Below are positions 1-9,227 of a stretch of DNA of 60,054 nt, piece by piece (positions within the stretch are counted from its first letter, which is position 1; each line of letters starts with the position of its first letter). The notes below the pieces were generated by a model. That model searched no databases and was not told the origin of the DNA. It was given only the letters and a program-made list of their open reading frames with translations. Source of the DNA: Candidatus Daviesbacteria bacterium RIFCSPHIGHO2_02_FULL_43_12 (GTDB taxonomy: Bacteria; Patescibacteriota; Microgenomatia; Daviesbacterales; UBA10151); NCBI GenBank assembly GCA_001776775.1, contig MFDD01000015.1, forward strand, positions 7,969 through 68,022. Reading direction: 5' to 3'. Made by a program: the position numbers and the translations under genes.

Positions 1-159
1 AAAGTTGACGGTTCGCTGGACTGTAACAACTCGGATCTGCTGACAGCCTGTGTCAATTACTGCCTGTATGCTAAATTGGAATTTGGTAAAGAGAGTTTTG
101 TCTCGATCTGTAACGAAACCCGACCTGAAGGTTATAATCTTGACCTAACGCAGCCTTAA
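1..159 (+). CDS. 3' end of an unidentified Cys-rich protein gene (partial, runs off the window)
   Basis: Frame 1 is open from nt 1 to TAA at 157-159 (...CNNSDLLTACVNYCLYAKLEFGKESFVSICNETRPEGYNLDLTQP*). No family recognised. Confidence 0.3.
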   Translation, partial: KVDGSLDCNNSDLLTACVNYCLYAKLEFGKESFVSICNETRPEGYNLDLTQP

Positions 160-189
160 ACACTCTCCTTGTTCGTGATACACTGATAT

Positions 190-284
190 TAGTTCGTAGT
201 TCATGGTTCGTGGTTCATAGTAAAAATTGCTTTATTTACTAACTACTAACTATTTACTATAAACCATTACTATAAACCATGAAC
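190..284. repeat. Heptamer-word imperfect palindrome upstream of the first pilin gene
   Basis: Left arm at 190-224 is TAGTTCG TAGTTCA TGGTTCG TGGTTCA TAGTAAA. Right arm at 237-284 is TACTAAC TACTAAC TATTTAC TATAAAC ..TATAAAC CATGAAC, whose words are complements of the left arm. The ATG at 279 lies inside the last word. Confidence 0.7.
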
Positions 285-914
285 CAATCCCGAGGCTTCA
301 CGCTCATCGAAATCCTGGTCACTATTGGAATCCTGGCCATGCTGAGTCTTTTTATCATCCCTAACTTTCGCCGATTTAATGATGAACAGATTCTGAGAAA
401 CTCCTCCTCTGATTTGCTTCAAGCCATCCGGAAAGCGCAAATTAATGCCCAAGCTCACGTCAGATGTCCGGATAATAACCCTTCCTTTAGTTGGGGTGTA
501 ACTATCGACCCCAGTGAGGCATCCTATAAGTTGGTAGCAGAGTGTCAAGATCCGACTGTTAACTACACTACTTATGATTTCTCGGAGGCAGGGACCTCCT
601 TGCCCAGCGGAGTTAGTATTAATACCATAACAAATTTGGACAAGACGCCCCCGATGATCGAGCCTTCCCTTTTTTCTCCCAATTGCGTCATTGACGCGTC
701 TTTACTACCCTTTACTATTCGTTTTAATACTTCAGAAAATGTGGCCACCTTTACCAGTGGACAAACAGCAGATAGTACTTTAACGCAAGTTATCTGCGGA
801 TCATCAGCTAGTCAATCTGAAACTTTGAAGTTTATGCTGGTTAGCTCTGGAACTAATTTAACTTCAACTGTTATGATTAACAGAGGGGGATATATTGGAG
901 TTGAATATAAGTAA
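279..914 (+). CDS. Prepilin-type (type IV pilin/pseudopilin-like) protein
   Basis: N-terminal MNQSRG|FTLIEILVT class III signal (G-1, E+5) followed by a hydrophobic helix. Confidence 0.8.
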   Translation: MNQSRGFTLIEILVTIGILAMLSLFIIPNFRRFNDEQILRNSSSDLLQAIRKAQINAQAHVRCPDNNPSFSWGVTIDPSEASYKLVAECQDPTVNYTTYDFSEAGTSLPSGVSINTITNLDKTPPMIEPSLFSPNCVIDASLLPFTIRFNTSENVATFTSGQTADSTLTQVICGSSASQSETLKFMLVSSGTNLTSTVMINRGGYIGVEYK

Positions 915-1461
915 GTTCTTAGATCATAAAGGTCAATCTCTTTTGGAAATTACCATTACCTTGGGAGTATCCGTGGCGATCATTGTCGCCTTGACTATCA
1001 CGACTCTACAAGGCTTACAGAGCAGCCAGTTTGCTCAGAACCAAATTTTAGCCACAAAATATGCCCAAGAAGGACTGGAAAAAGTCCGTTTACTGAAAAT
1101 TACCAACACTCCAATTGAAACCCCTCTTGATTCGGGCGCTTTATACTACTGGTTTTCCAATGATTCTTTGATCTGGAGCAGTGCTCCCCTTGATCCCCAA
1201 GGATATACAGCCACAGGGGAACCGATTAATTCTAACTCTAGATTTGCCTTTGGGAGTTGTCTGGAAACTACCCCTTGTGTGCCCGAGAATAACCCATCAG
1301 GTCCGGGTGAAAAAATATCGACACAGTTTTACCGGTCAATATATCTGGAAAAGGAAGGTTCCGGTAGCAATGCGGTTCAAGTTACATCCCGGGTGACTTG
1401 GGTAGATTTCTCGGGAACTCATGAATCCAAGCTAATTACTATATTATCTAACCAAGAATGA
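895..1461 (+). CDS. Pilin-like protein with a degenerate prepilin signal
   Basis: ...DHKG|QSLLEITITLGV (G then E at +5) plus a hydrophobic helix. Overlaps its neighbours as expected in an operon. Confidence 0.6.
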   Translation: MELNISKFLDHKGQSLLEITITLGVSVAIIVALTITTLQGLQSSQFAQNQILATKYAQEGLEKVRLLKITNTPIETPLDSGALYYWFSNDSLIWSSAPLDPQGYTATGEPINSNSRFAFGSCLETTPCVPENNPSGPGEKISTQFYRSIYLEKEGSGSNAVQVTSRVTWVDFSGTHESKLITILSNQE

Positions 1462-2090
1462 AAATGAATGCAGAATTGAGAATTAAGAATTCAGAATTCG
1501 GATTTACTCTCATTGAAGCCTTGGTTACCATCAGTATTATTGGGGTGGTTGGTTTTATTCTGGGGGACTTGTTACTCCGAACATTTCAAGGCAATAATAA
1601 AACCCAGTTGATTAGTTTAATAAAACAAAACGGACAGTCAGCTTTAAACATCATCGATCAAACCTTAAGGTTTGCCTCCCCAATTATGTGTACCACCTAT
1701 GACACCGACAGTCGTTCGATTGTAGTTGTGCAAACCCAGACTAATCAATTTGTCCGCTTTAGCTTTATTCCGCCAACGGCCTCTACCAATGGTTACATCC
1801 AGGAAGATTATCCATCGCAGTTTGAATTTGAAGGAGATGCAAGTGCTCTTTGTAAACCAGATGTAATTCCCTTTACCAACGCTCTAATTATTACCAATAG
1901 AGATCCCGTGACCGGAATATCTATCGTCAACAATGCAGAAACCATCAAAAGAACGAGCTCTTACGGAGCAAAAGATATTATAACCATCAAGTTTAATGTC
2001 CAGCCGGGGGTAAATATCGGACAAGGTTTTCAAAATGACATTGGAGAGGGCGAAGGAGTTCCGTTTGAAACATCGGTCGTGTTAAGATAA
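1458..2090 (+). CDS. Prepilin-type pseudopilin
   Basis: NSEFG|FTLIEALVT cleavage/methylation motif. ATGA overlap with the upstream gene. Confidence 0.8.
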   Translation: MKMNAELRIKNSEFGFTLIEALVTISIIGVVGFILGDLLLRTFQGNNKTQLISLIKQNGQSALNIIDQTLRFASPIMCTTYDTDSRSIVVVQTQTNQFVRFSFIPPTASTNGYIQEDYPSQFEFEGDASALCKPDVIPFTNALIITNRDPVTGISIVNNAETIKRTSSYGAKDIITIKFNVQPGVNIGQGFQNDIGEGEGVPFETSVVLR

Positions 2091-2094
2091 ATCT

Positions 2095-3108
2095 ATGAAA
2101 AAACTAGTTCACAGCAAGTCAAAAAATAAGACAGTAGCTTCCGTGAACCCCGATTATATCGGGGTGAACCATGAACCGAGAACTATCAACCAACATGGGC
2201 AGGTAGTAATTGTATTGACCTTGATTATGTTAGTTGCCTTGACCGTTGGGGTAGCTATTTCACAGCGTTCGATAAATGATATCTCCGTTTCTACTAAAAC
2301 AGAGCAAGCTAGCCGTGCTTTCTCGGCAGCTGAGGCTGGTTTAGAAAAAGCTATTGCTGAAAATGGTATCACTACAGTTAGCTTATCTGATAATCAATCG
2401 AGAGCAGATGTTCAGGCTTCGGGTGAGATGCCGGTTTACAAACAAGCATTAGAATATCCGCCAATTAGCAAAGCTGAATTTGCTCAGTTTTGGCTGGCTA
2501 GACCAAGCGATTTGAGCCGTTTTTATAACCAAGAAACGATCTCTTTATATTTTGGAAATGCAGGCCCCGAGGCGGATGATAGGGTTGAAATAGGTGATGA
2601 GCCAGCTATAGAGGTCAACTTAGTTACGCGTAGTTCCGCTGGTAACTACCTTTCCAAGAGGTATTATTTTGATTCAAAATCAACCAGACGAGCGTCCAAT
2701 AACTTTGCGGCAACCGATGATTCTTGCGATTCGTCTATTAAGTACAAAATTAATACCTCCAGCTCTCGGAGTTTTACTGCCCCACCGGATCGGTATTTTT
2801 ACTGTAAGGTAACAATTTCTACCAGCATTGATCCTTCTGATAATAAAGAAGTACCAATTTTAATGAGAATGCGTCTGCTCTACAGTAGTAAAAAGCAGCG
2901 AATCGCTCTTGAGCCAAAAACAGACCCCGAATGTATTAGCTTTACCGGAGATTTAAATTGTATCTCCCTCCCCCCTCAAGCCAATATCTATACCTCAACC
3001 GGAATAGCCGGAGAGTCAGAGAGGAGGTTACAAGTCTTCCAGATGAAATACGTTGCACCACAATTTCTGGATTTTGCCTTATTCTCCAATAGTGACATTA
3101 CAAAATAA
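2095..3108 (+). CDS. PilX-N-like pilus-associated protein
   Basis: HGQVVIVLTLIMLVALTVGVAIS... followed by ...RAFSAAEAGLEKAI, the pattern of PilX N-terminal domains. Located in the pilin operon. Confidence 0.55.
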   Translation: MKKLVHSKSKNKTVASVNPDYIGVNHEPRTINQHGQVVIVLTLIMLVALTVGVAISQRSINDISVSTKTEQASRAFSAAEAGLEKAIAENGITTVSLSDNQSRADVQASGEMPVYKQALEYPPISKAEFAQFWLARPSDLSRFYNQETISLYFGNAGPEADDRVEIGDEPAIEVNLVTRSSAGNYLSKRYYFDSKSTRRASNNFAATDDSCDSSIKYKINTSSSRSFTAPPDRYFYCKVTISTSIDPSDNKEVPILMRMRLLYSSKKQRIALEPKTDPECISFTGDLNCISLPPQANIYTSTGIAGESERRLQVFQMKYVAPQFLDFALFSNSDITK

Positions 3109-3517
3109 AAAAACTTATCTTAAAAATAACCGTGGACTTTCTTTAATAGAGATAGTTCTGGTGATAATGCTGGTGGGATTTTTAGGATTGCTGCTAAATA
3201 ACCTACCCTCGTCACTTCGACTAATCAGTATTAGCAATCAAACTAGTATAGCTAAGGAAATTTTGCTCAAAAAGATCGAAGATCTAAGAACTACCCCCTT
3301 TGCTAATCTAGCTAATGGAGCAACCTCCTTTACCGATCCCAAGCTGGTCAATCTTTCAGCCGGAGAAGCCTCATTGGTCATCCAGGACTGTCCTATTAGC
3401 ATCTGTACTTTGGGGGAAGTAGTGAAACAAGTTGACCTTACGGTAACCTGGAAGGACTCTACCAGCCATATCCGGTCGACAGCACTGACTACTTTGATTA
3501 CGAATGGAGGGCTCTAA
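3053..3517 (+). CDS. Prepilin-type pseudopilin (start uncertain: TTG 3053 or GTG 3092)
   Basis: NNRG|LSLIEIVLV motif. The long ORF overlaps the upstream gene by 56 nt, so the GTG at 3092 is a plausible real start. Confidence 0.7.
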   Translation: MHHNFWILPYSPIVTLQNKKTYLKNNRGLSLIEIVLVIMLVGFLGLLLNNLPSSLRLISISNQTSIAKEILLKKIEDLRTTPFANLANGATSFTDPKLVNLSAGEASLVIQDCPISICTLGEVVKQVDLTVTWKDSTSHIRSTALTTLITNGGL

Positions 3518-4109
3518 ATTGAACATTTCATCTTCCAGAAAACAAAGAGGCATGACTTTATTTGAAATTTTGGTTGGAGTAACTATTTCTGCCATTGCCG
3601 GGGTGCTTTTGCTTTTGATACTTGTTTCGAATAATGGCCTGTTCGTATCGCAAACAAGTAAGATTGCTCAAGGTCTTGGGTTAAATGATGCCACCACTTT
3701 AATCAGCGATGATTTAAGATTTGCCGCAAGTATTATAAATAGCTTTACCTATCAGGGTCAAACATATTTAAGCGGTGCGACAACCCTGATACTAAAGGTT
3801 CCATCAGTTGATTCATCGGGTAATATTATAGATCAGGAATTTGATACTTTTATTTATGCTCTTGAAACTAGCAATCCGGCAATTTTTAGACGCCTGGTTG
3901 TGCCGAGCGAGTCAAGTAGTCGACTGGCTACGAATCGGGTGGTTATGACCGATGTTTCGACAATTAGTTTTGTTTATTTAGATAATAGTGGAGCGCCGGT
4001 CAGCCCAACCAATGCTACTAAAATAAATTTTTCGCTTACCTTCAAAAAAAGTCCATTTAGCACAACTGCTAATACCGCTGCCGGAGAGGTTAGGCTGAGG
4101 AATAATTGA
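3504..4109 (+). CDS. Prepilin-type pseudopilin
   Basis: KQRG|MTLFEILVGV motif plus a hydrophobic helix. Confidence 0.75.
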   Translation: MEGSKLNISSSRKQRGMTLFEILVGVTISAIAGVLLLLILVSNNGLFVSQTSKIAQGLGLNDATTLISDDLRFAASIINSFTYQGQTYLSGATTLILKVPSVDSSGNIIDQEFDTFIYALETSNPAIFRRLVVPSESSSRLATNRVVMTDVSTISFVYLDNSGAPVSPTNATKINFSLTFKKSPFSTTANTAAGEVRLRNN

Positions 4110-5896
4110 ATAAAGTTATGAACCAATCAGGACAGATAGTAATCCTAGCGCTGATAGCAGTCGCAGTTGTTTTAGTGAATGTATTGATTATTATTGGTGG
4201 CGGGCTTCTAGTCACCCAAAGTTCAACTAACTCTATTTCTCAGTCTCAGGCGATCAACTTAGCTGAGGCGGGTATTGATAAAGCCGTGGCTACACTTAAT
4301 GCTACTGCCGGCGCCTATACCGGAGAAGAAGAGATTCCGCTGGGTAATGGATCTTATTCGGTAACGATAACTTCTTTAAACCCGACTACAAAATCAATTC
4401 AGGCTACTGGATATATCCCAAGTAAAACTAATCCGGAGGCCCAAAAAACAGTTAAGATACAGGTTTCAAAGGGTATGGGGGCTGCCTTTAATTATGGGTT
4501 GCAAATTGGAGACGGTGGTTTAAGTATGTCTAATAATGCTGTAGTTAATGGTTCTGTTTATGCCAATTCCAATATTTCGATGTCCAATAATGCTCAGATT
4601 ACCGGGGACGCTTATGTCGGAGGGGGAATACAACCTACCGCTGATCAAACAAGCGACTGCTCAGAGTTAAACTGTGGAGATTTTCAGTTCGGAAGAACAG
4701 CAGGAGGGCAGCTGGATATAGCCCAGGGATTTAAGCCGAGTGAAACGACAGTCTTAAACAAGATCCTCCTAAAATTAAAAAAAGTTGGCACACCGCCTGA
4801 CCTGACAGTCAGGATACTTGGCGATCAAAATGGTACTCCAAATAAAAATTCAGTTTTAGCGTCAGCTACTTTAACTGCCGCTCTGACAACAACGGAGTAT
4901 GGCTTTGTCGATGTGATTTTTTCACCGGCGCCATCTCTGACTGTGGACACGCTTTATTGGATAGTGATAGACACCTCAGTAAATTCCACTAATTACTGGA
5001 ATTGGTCGATGGATACCCTGCAAGGTTACACCAGAGATAACCCATATTCTCCTCGGTGGTCTCCTAACTGGCAAGCATCTTCACCAACCTGGAGTCCTAT
5101 CCCCGGTGATTTAGGGTTTCAAACTTTTATGGGTGGAGTGACCACTTCTTTAATTGGGGCAAATAATGTTGTCATTGGTGGCAATGCCCATGCCAACACC
5201 CTGCAAGACCTGATCGTAACTGGTGGTGCTTATTATCAGACAGCTTCAAATGTTACAGCCGGGTCGATGCATCCTAATTCACCAGACCCAATTGCCCAAT
5301 CGATGTCCTTATCGGCTGCTAATATCCAGGAATGGAAAGATACTGCCACGGCCCTGAACGTATACACCGGAGACATTACCAACTGTCCAGCTGCTTTAGC
5401 TGCCGGTAAATATGTCGGAAATATATCACTTCCCTCTAACTGTATGGTGGTAGTTGACTCCCCGATCTATGTTACTGGAAACTTAACATTAGATGGAAAT
5501 GATGTTATTCAACTTAATCCGAGCTACGGAGTTTCGAGTGGAACTTTTATTGTTGATCAAATAATCACTTTTAATAGTGGGTCCGGAAACAAGATTTTAG
5601 GTACTTCATCTAACGGTAGTTATCTGATCTTAATCTCTGAATTTAACTCCCGCGAGATCTCGGATCATAAATCAGCCGTGGTTATTAATAATAATGGTAA
5701 TATCGGTATCCTTTATAGTAATCTAGGAGCGATTGATGTTTCTAATAATAATACCTTTACGAGTATTTCGGCCTGGAAACTAAATCTGGAGAATAATGTA
5801 ATCATCAACTATGACCAGGGCTTAGCCTCTGCGTTTTTTTCTTCAGGACCAAGCGGATCATATACAGTGGTTAAGGGAACATACCAGCTAAAGTAG
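4106..5896 (+). CDS. Large pilus-associated protein (PilX-N-like anchor plus beta-helix-like repeats)
   Basis: N-terminus SGQIVILALIAVAVVLV...QAINLAEAGIDKAV. Internal NNAVVNGSVYANSNISMSNNAQITGDAYVGG repeats are bactofilin/beta-helix-like. Last gene before pilM. Confidence 0.55.
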   Translation: MNKVMNQSGQIVILALIAVAVVLVNVLIIIGGGLLVTQSSTNSISQSQAINLAEAGIDKAVATLNATAGAYTGEEEIPLGNGSYSVTITSLNPTTKSIQATGYIPSKTNPEAQKTVKIQVSKGMGAAFNYGLQIGDGGLSMSNNAVVNGSVYANSNISMSNNAQITGDAYVGGGIQPTADQTSDCSELNCGDFQFGRTAGGQLDIAQGFKPSETTVLNKILLKLKKVGTPPDLTVRILGDQNGTPNKNSVLASATLTAALTTTEYGFVDVIFSPAPSLTVDTLYWIVIDTSVNSTNYWNWSMDTLQGYTRDNPYSPRWSPNWQASSPTWSPIPGDLGFQTFMGGVTTSLIGANNVVIGGNAHANTLQDLIVTGGAYYQTASNVTAGSMHPNSPDPIAQSMSLSAANIQEWKDTATALNVYTGDITNCPAALAAGKYVGNISLPSNCMVVVDSPIYVTGNLTLDGNDVIQLNPSYGVSSGTFIVDQIITFNSGSGNKILGTSSNGSYLILISEFNSREISDHKSAVVINNNGNIGILYSNLGAIDVSNNNTFTSISAWKLNLENNVIINYDQGLASAFFSSGPSGSYTVVKGTYQLK

Positions 5897-5928
5897 TTCA
5901 TGGTTGATGGTTCTTAGTTAATGCTTTA
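5894..5928. repeat. Heptamer-word array (same word family as 190-224)
   Basis: TAGTTCA TGGTTGA TGGTTCT TAGTTAA TGCTTTA immediately after the stop codon at 5896. Confidence 0.55.
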
Positions 5929-5954
5929 GAATGAATTAAGATTAGTTATTAAAT

Positions 5955-6995
5955 ATGGCTGCCCGAGAATTAATTGGTTTAGATATTGGATCAACTGCTA
6001 TTAAGGCAGTTATTTTAGCTCACGAGTCTAACCCTCCGAGACTTTTATCGTTGGGTCAGGTGGCGACTCCCCAGCCAGGGTTTCTTTCTGACAATGATCA
6101 AGATCTGGAAAACCTGGCAGGTGCTATTAAGCAGCTTGTATCTGGGATGCAGTCGCCTACAAAAGAGGTTGCGGTCTCTCTTCCGGAGGCCAGAGTCTTT
6201 ACCAGGGTTATCTATGACCTCCCCTTTCTGACTGATGAAGAGTTATCCCAGGCGATCCGGTATGCTGCTGAAGAGTTCGTGCCGATGCCGATGCAAGACG
6301 TTAACCTAAACTATCAAGTTCTGGCCAGGTCCGCCTCAAAAGGTCCTAATAGTCGCACCGTTGTGCTAGTAGTTGCTACACCAAAGCCGATACTGGATAA
6401 ATATCTCCGAGTTTTGAATATGGCTGACTTACGCCCAGTCTCTGTCGAAACAGAGATTGTGGCCAGTAGTCGGAGTTTAGTGGGGGCGAACCCCTTTTCA
6501 CCGACTACCCTGATAATTCAGCTGGGGGCGATGACTACAGACTATGCTGTTATCCATGAGGGTCTAATACTCATCACCCGCTCTATCTCCACAGGAGGGA
6601 TAGCTTTAACGCGAGCTATAACTCAACTTTTTAACTTTGAAATTTCTCAGGCTGAGGAGTATAAAAAAGTTTATGGGTTGCTAGAAGATCAGTTGGAGGG
6701 AAAACTAGTTCAAGCAATCCGCCCGATTGTAACTGTGATTACTTCCGAGGCAAAAAAAGTTATTCAGGCTTACGAGGCTCAAAATAAAGAGCGTCCAGTC
6801 AAACGGGTAATCCTGACAGGTGGAGGGGCTAGTTTACCGGGTTTAGTTATTTTTTTTGCCAACAGCTTGGGGCTCGAAATCCAAGAAGGCGACCCCTGGT
6901 TTGCGATAGCCAAGGATCCGAAGCTTCTTAACAAACTTTCGGCAGAGGCTTCAACGTATGCAGTTGCGGCAGGTTTAGCCCTCTGGGAAAGATAA
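5955..6995 (+). CDS. pilM: Type IV pilus assembly protein PilM (actin-like ATPase fold)
   Basis: LIGLDIGSTAIKAV N-terminus, ...ILTGGGASLPGL... near the C-terminus, about 346 aa, followed by PilN/PilO-like genes. Confidence 0.85.
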   Translation: MAARELIGLDIGSTAIKAVILAHESNPPRLLSLGQVATPQPGFLSDNDQDLENLAGAIKQLVSGMQSPTKEVAVSLPEARVFTRVIYDLPFLTDEELSQAIRYAAEEFVPMPMQDVNLNYQVLARSASKGPNSRTVVLVVATPKPILDKYLRVLNMADLRPVSVETEIVASSRSLVGANPFSPTTLIIQLGAMTTDYAVIHEGLILITRSISTGGIALTRAITQLFNFEISQAEEYKKVYGLLEDQLEGKLVQAIRPIVTVITSEAKKVIQAYEAQNKERPVKRVILTGGGASLPGLVIFFANSLGLEIQEGDPWFAIAKDPKLLNKLSAEASTYAVAAGLALWER

Positions 6996-7002
6996 AAAAC
7001 CA

Positions 7003-7578
7003 ATGCCCACTACTCAAAAGCTCAAACGAAAAAAAACTTTTAGCCTAAATCTTTTACCTCATGAAATTATTATCGAGGAACAGACTCAGATTAGGGTTAA
7101 TTTTGCGCGTAAAATGAGTATCATCATAGTCTTTATCTTTATTACGATATCTTTGATGATTACGATTTTTGGTTTGATCTTAAATTCCAGGGTTAAAGCC
7201 ATTCAAGCTCGTTATTCAGTTGCTGAGGCCCGCATAGAGTCCTTTAAAACGAAGGAGGGTCTCGTCTTAGCCCTAAAAAAGAGGATGGAGAAGATTGCTG
7301 TACTGTGGAATCAACCTTCCGGTGTGTCAGATTCTTTTAATTTGGTGGCTGCCCTAATTCCTGACGGCATCAAGACCTATCTTTTTTCCATCAATCAAGG
7401 CAATAAAATAACCCTCTCCGCTGAGGCTCCGGAAGTAGGCACTTTAAAAGGTTTTTTGGATAAGCTGATAGACCCTGTTGTCACTAGAGAAAGAATTAGC
7501 AAAGTTAGCCTGGAGGGTGTGACCCAGGGGCCTGATGGAAAGCTCCGTTTTGAAGTTGGGGTAACGCTAAAAAACTGA
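7003..7578 (+). CDS. pilN: PilN-like pilus assembly protein
   Basis: FSLNLLPHE motif (INLLP-type), then a single TM helix. Sits immediately after pilM. Confidence 0.7.
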   Translation: MPTTQKLKRKKTFSLNLLPHEIIIEEQTQIRVNFARKMSIIIVFIFITISLMITIFGLILNSRVKAIQARYSVAEARIESFKTKEGLVLALKKRMEKIAVLWNQPSGVSDSFNLVAALIPDGIKTYLFSINQGNKITLSAEAPEVGTLKGFLDKLIDPVVTRERISKVSLEGVTQGPDGKLRFEVGVTLKN

Positions 7579-8271
7579 ATGATAGAAATTAAAAGATTTG
7601 TTAACCAATATCAGCTATACATTTGGCCATTTTTTGGGTTGGTTTTGGTAATTTTACTCTGTTTTTTTGTGATGGTACCGCAAATAAAAGCCCTGCTTAA
7701 AGCCAGAGAGGTCTTTGTAGATATCTCTCAAAAAGCAGTCATTTTAGAACAAAAAGCTGATGACCTTCAACTAATTGATGAACAGGAGGTGAAAAACGAT
7801 CTGCAAATTGCTTTAAGCTCGCTACCGGCTCAGAAAGAATTGATATCTGCAGTCAGTCAGGTTCAGTTGCTGACTGCCACCAGTAATCTGGATCTCAAAG
7901 ATGTTTCCTTTGGCTCAGTCAGCAGCAATCAAGAGGCTGATGGTTTTGTCATCAAAGCTTCTGTTGAAGGCACGATTGAAAGTTTCAAGAATTTTATTGC
8001 TTTGCTTAAAGTTGCGCCACTGACTATGAGTTTAGAGGGAATAGAGCTTAGCAAGACCAAGACCGAAGGGGTGTTCCAAACAGTTTTTGCCTTGAAAAGC
8101 TATTATCAAAATATCCCGATCTCTTTGGGTGATGTGTCTATCCCCCTGGCATTACTTAGTGATAGCGAAAAAGAACAGCTGAAAAAAATTGGTGATTATT
8201 ACCGGAATATTCCCATAACTACGATTGACAATGCTGAGGGAGTTAAAGGCAAACTGGATCCATTTCATTAA
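7579..8271 (+). CDS. PilO-like pilus assembly protein
   Basis: N-terminal TM helix plus coiled-coil. Called from its position after pilN; sequence support is weak. Confidence 0.45.
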   Translation: MIEIKRFVNQYQLYIWPFFGLVLVILLCFFVMVPQIKALLKAREVFVDISQKAVILEQKADDLQLIDEQEVKNDLQIALSSLPAQKELISAVSQVQLLTATSNLDLKDVSFGSVSSNQEADGFVIKASVEGTIESFKNFIALLKVAPLTMSLEGIELSKTKTEGVFQTVFALKSYYQNIPISLGDVSIPLALLSDSEKEQLKKIGDYYRNIPITTIDNAEGVKGKLDPFH

Positions 8272-8936
8272 CTCAAGTCGGGGCGAATTTTTTTAGTTTT
8301 TTGCCTTGATTTTTCTTCCCGCCATTTTTTAACCATACCATGATCTCCGGAAAGCAGCACAGTTGGGGTGGGGATATCTTCGAATATTTCCGGACGGGTG
8401 TAATGAGGGTATTCGAGCAGTCCTGCCGTAAAGCTTTCATCAATAGTAGCCTCTGTCTTTTGCAATACTCCCGGCAGCAACCTAGTGATGGCATCAGTGA
8501 TCACTAAAGCTGGTAATTCACCACCCGTTAAAACAAAATCGCCAATAGAGACTTCTTCGTCACAAAATTTATCAATAAAACGCTGATCAATTCCCTCGTA
8601 ATGACCACAAACGATGATTAATTCAGAAAGCTTAGCATACTCTCGGGCTGACTGCTGGTTGAAGACTTTCCCCGATGCGGAGGTGACAATTACCCGGGAC
8701 ATTTTGTGTTTAGGGATTGACTTAAGGGCAGCTGCGAGTACGTCAGCTTTTAAAATCATGCCGGCTCCTCCACCGTAAGGTCGGGCATCGACTATTCTTC
8801 GAGCACCCAATCCAAAATCCCGAATATTGATTAACTGAAAATCTACTAAGCCCTTTTTCTGAGCTCGTCCTAAAATACTTGTCTTTAGGATTGGAGCAAG
8901 CATTTCTGGAAAGAGAGTGAGAATAAAAATTTTCAT
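8268..8936 (-). CDS. trmD: tRNA (guanine37-N1)-methyltransferase
   Basis: MKIFILTLFPEM..., ...RPYGGGAGM..., ...GHYEGIDQR..., ...GDFVLTGGELPA... are canonical TrmD motifs. Confidence 0.95.
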   Translation of the reverse strand: MKIFILTLFPEMLAPILKTSILGRAQKKGLVDFQLINIRDFGLGARRIVDARPYGGGAGMILKADVLAAALKSIPKHKMSRVIVTSASGKVFNQQSAREYAKLSELIIVCGHYEGIDQRFIDKFCDEEVSIGDFVLTGGELPALVITDAITRLLPGVLQKTEATIDESFTAGLLEYPHYTRPEIFEDIPTPTVLLSGDHGMVKKWREEKSRQKTKKIRPDLS

Positions 8937-8948
8937 CAGCGAAGTTAT

Positions 8949-9224
8949 TTAAGCTGGCTCAGGGGTTGGCCCCGATTCAATCTGGGTCGGGACTGATTCT
9001 TCTAAATATAGCGAAACTCGGACATTATCAGCCATCGCCCTCACAGTTAGAAGTTTACGGATGGCTTTGATCATTTGACCACCTTTACCGATCACGAGTC
9101 CCATATCCTGGGGGTCAACCCGGAGTGATAGTTGAACATTACCATCTTCGCTCTGTTCTGAGACTACCACTGCTTCAGGATTAGTAACTAAGCTTTTAAC
9201 AATATATTCGACTAGCTCTTGCAT
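8949..9224 (-). CDS. KH-domain RNA-binding protein (YlqC-like)
   Basis: VIGKGGQMIKAIR GXXG KH motif. Conserved position between rpsP and trmD. Confidence 0.85.
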   Translation of the reverse strand: MQELVEYIVKSLVTNPEAVVVSEQSEDGNVQLSLRVDPQDMGLVIGKGGQMIKAIRKLLTVRAMADNVRVSLYLEESVPTQIESGPTPEPA

Positions 9225-9227
9225 GGT

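Noticed and set aside
190-284. Possibility that the heptamer arrays are CRISPR arrays or other spaced repeats.
   Set aside because: The units are 7 nt, contiguous and degenerate, with no unique spacers of 25-40 nt. No cas genes are present in the window.
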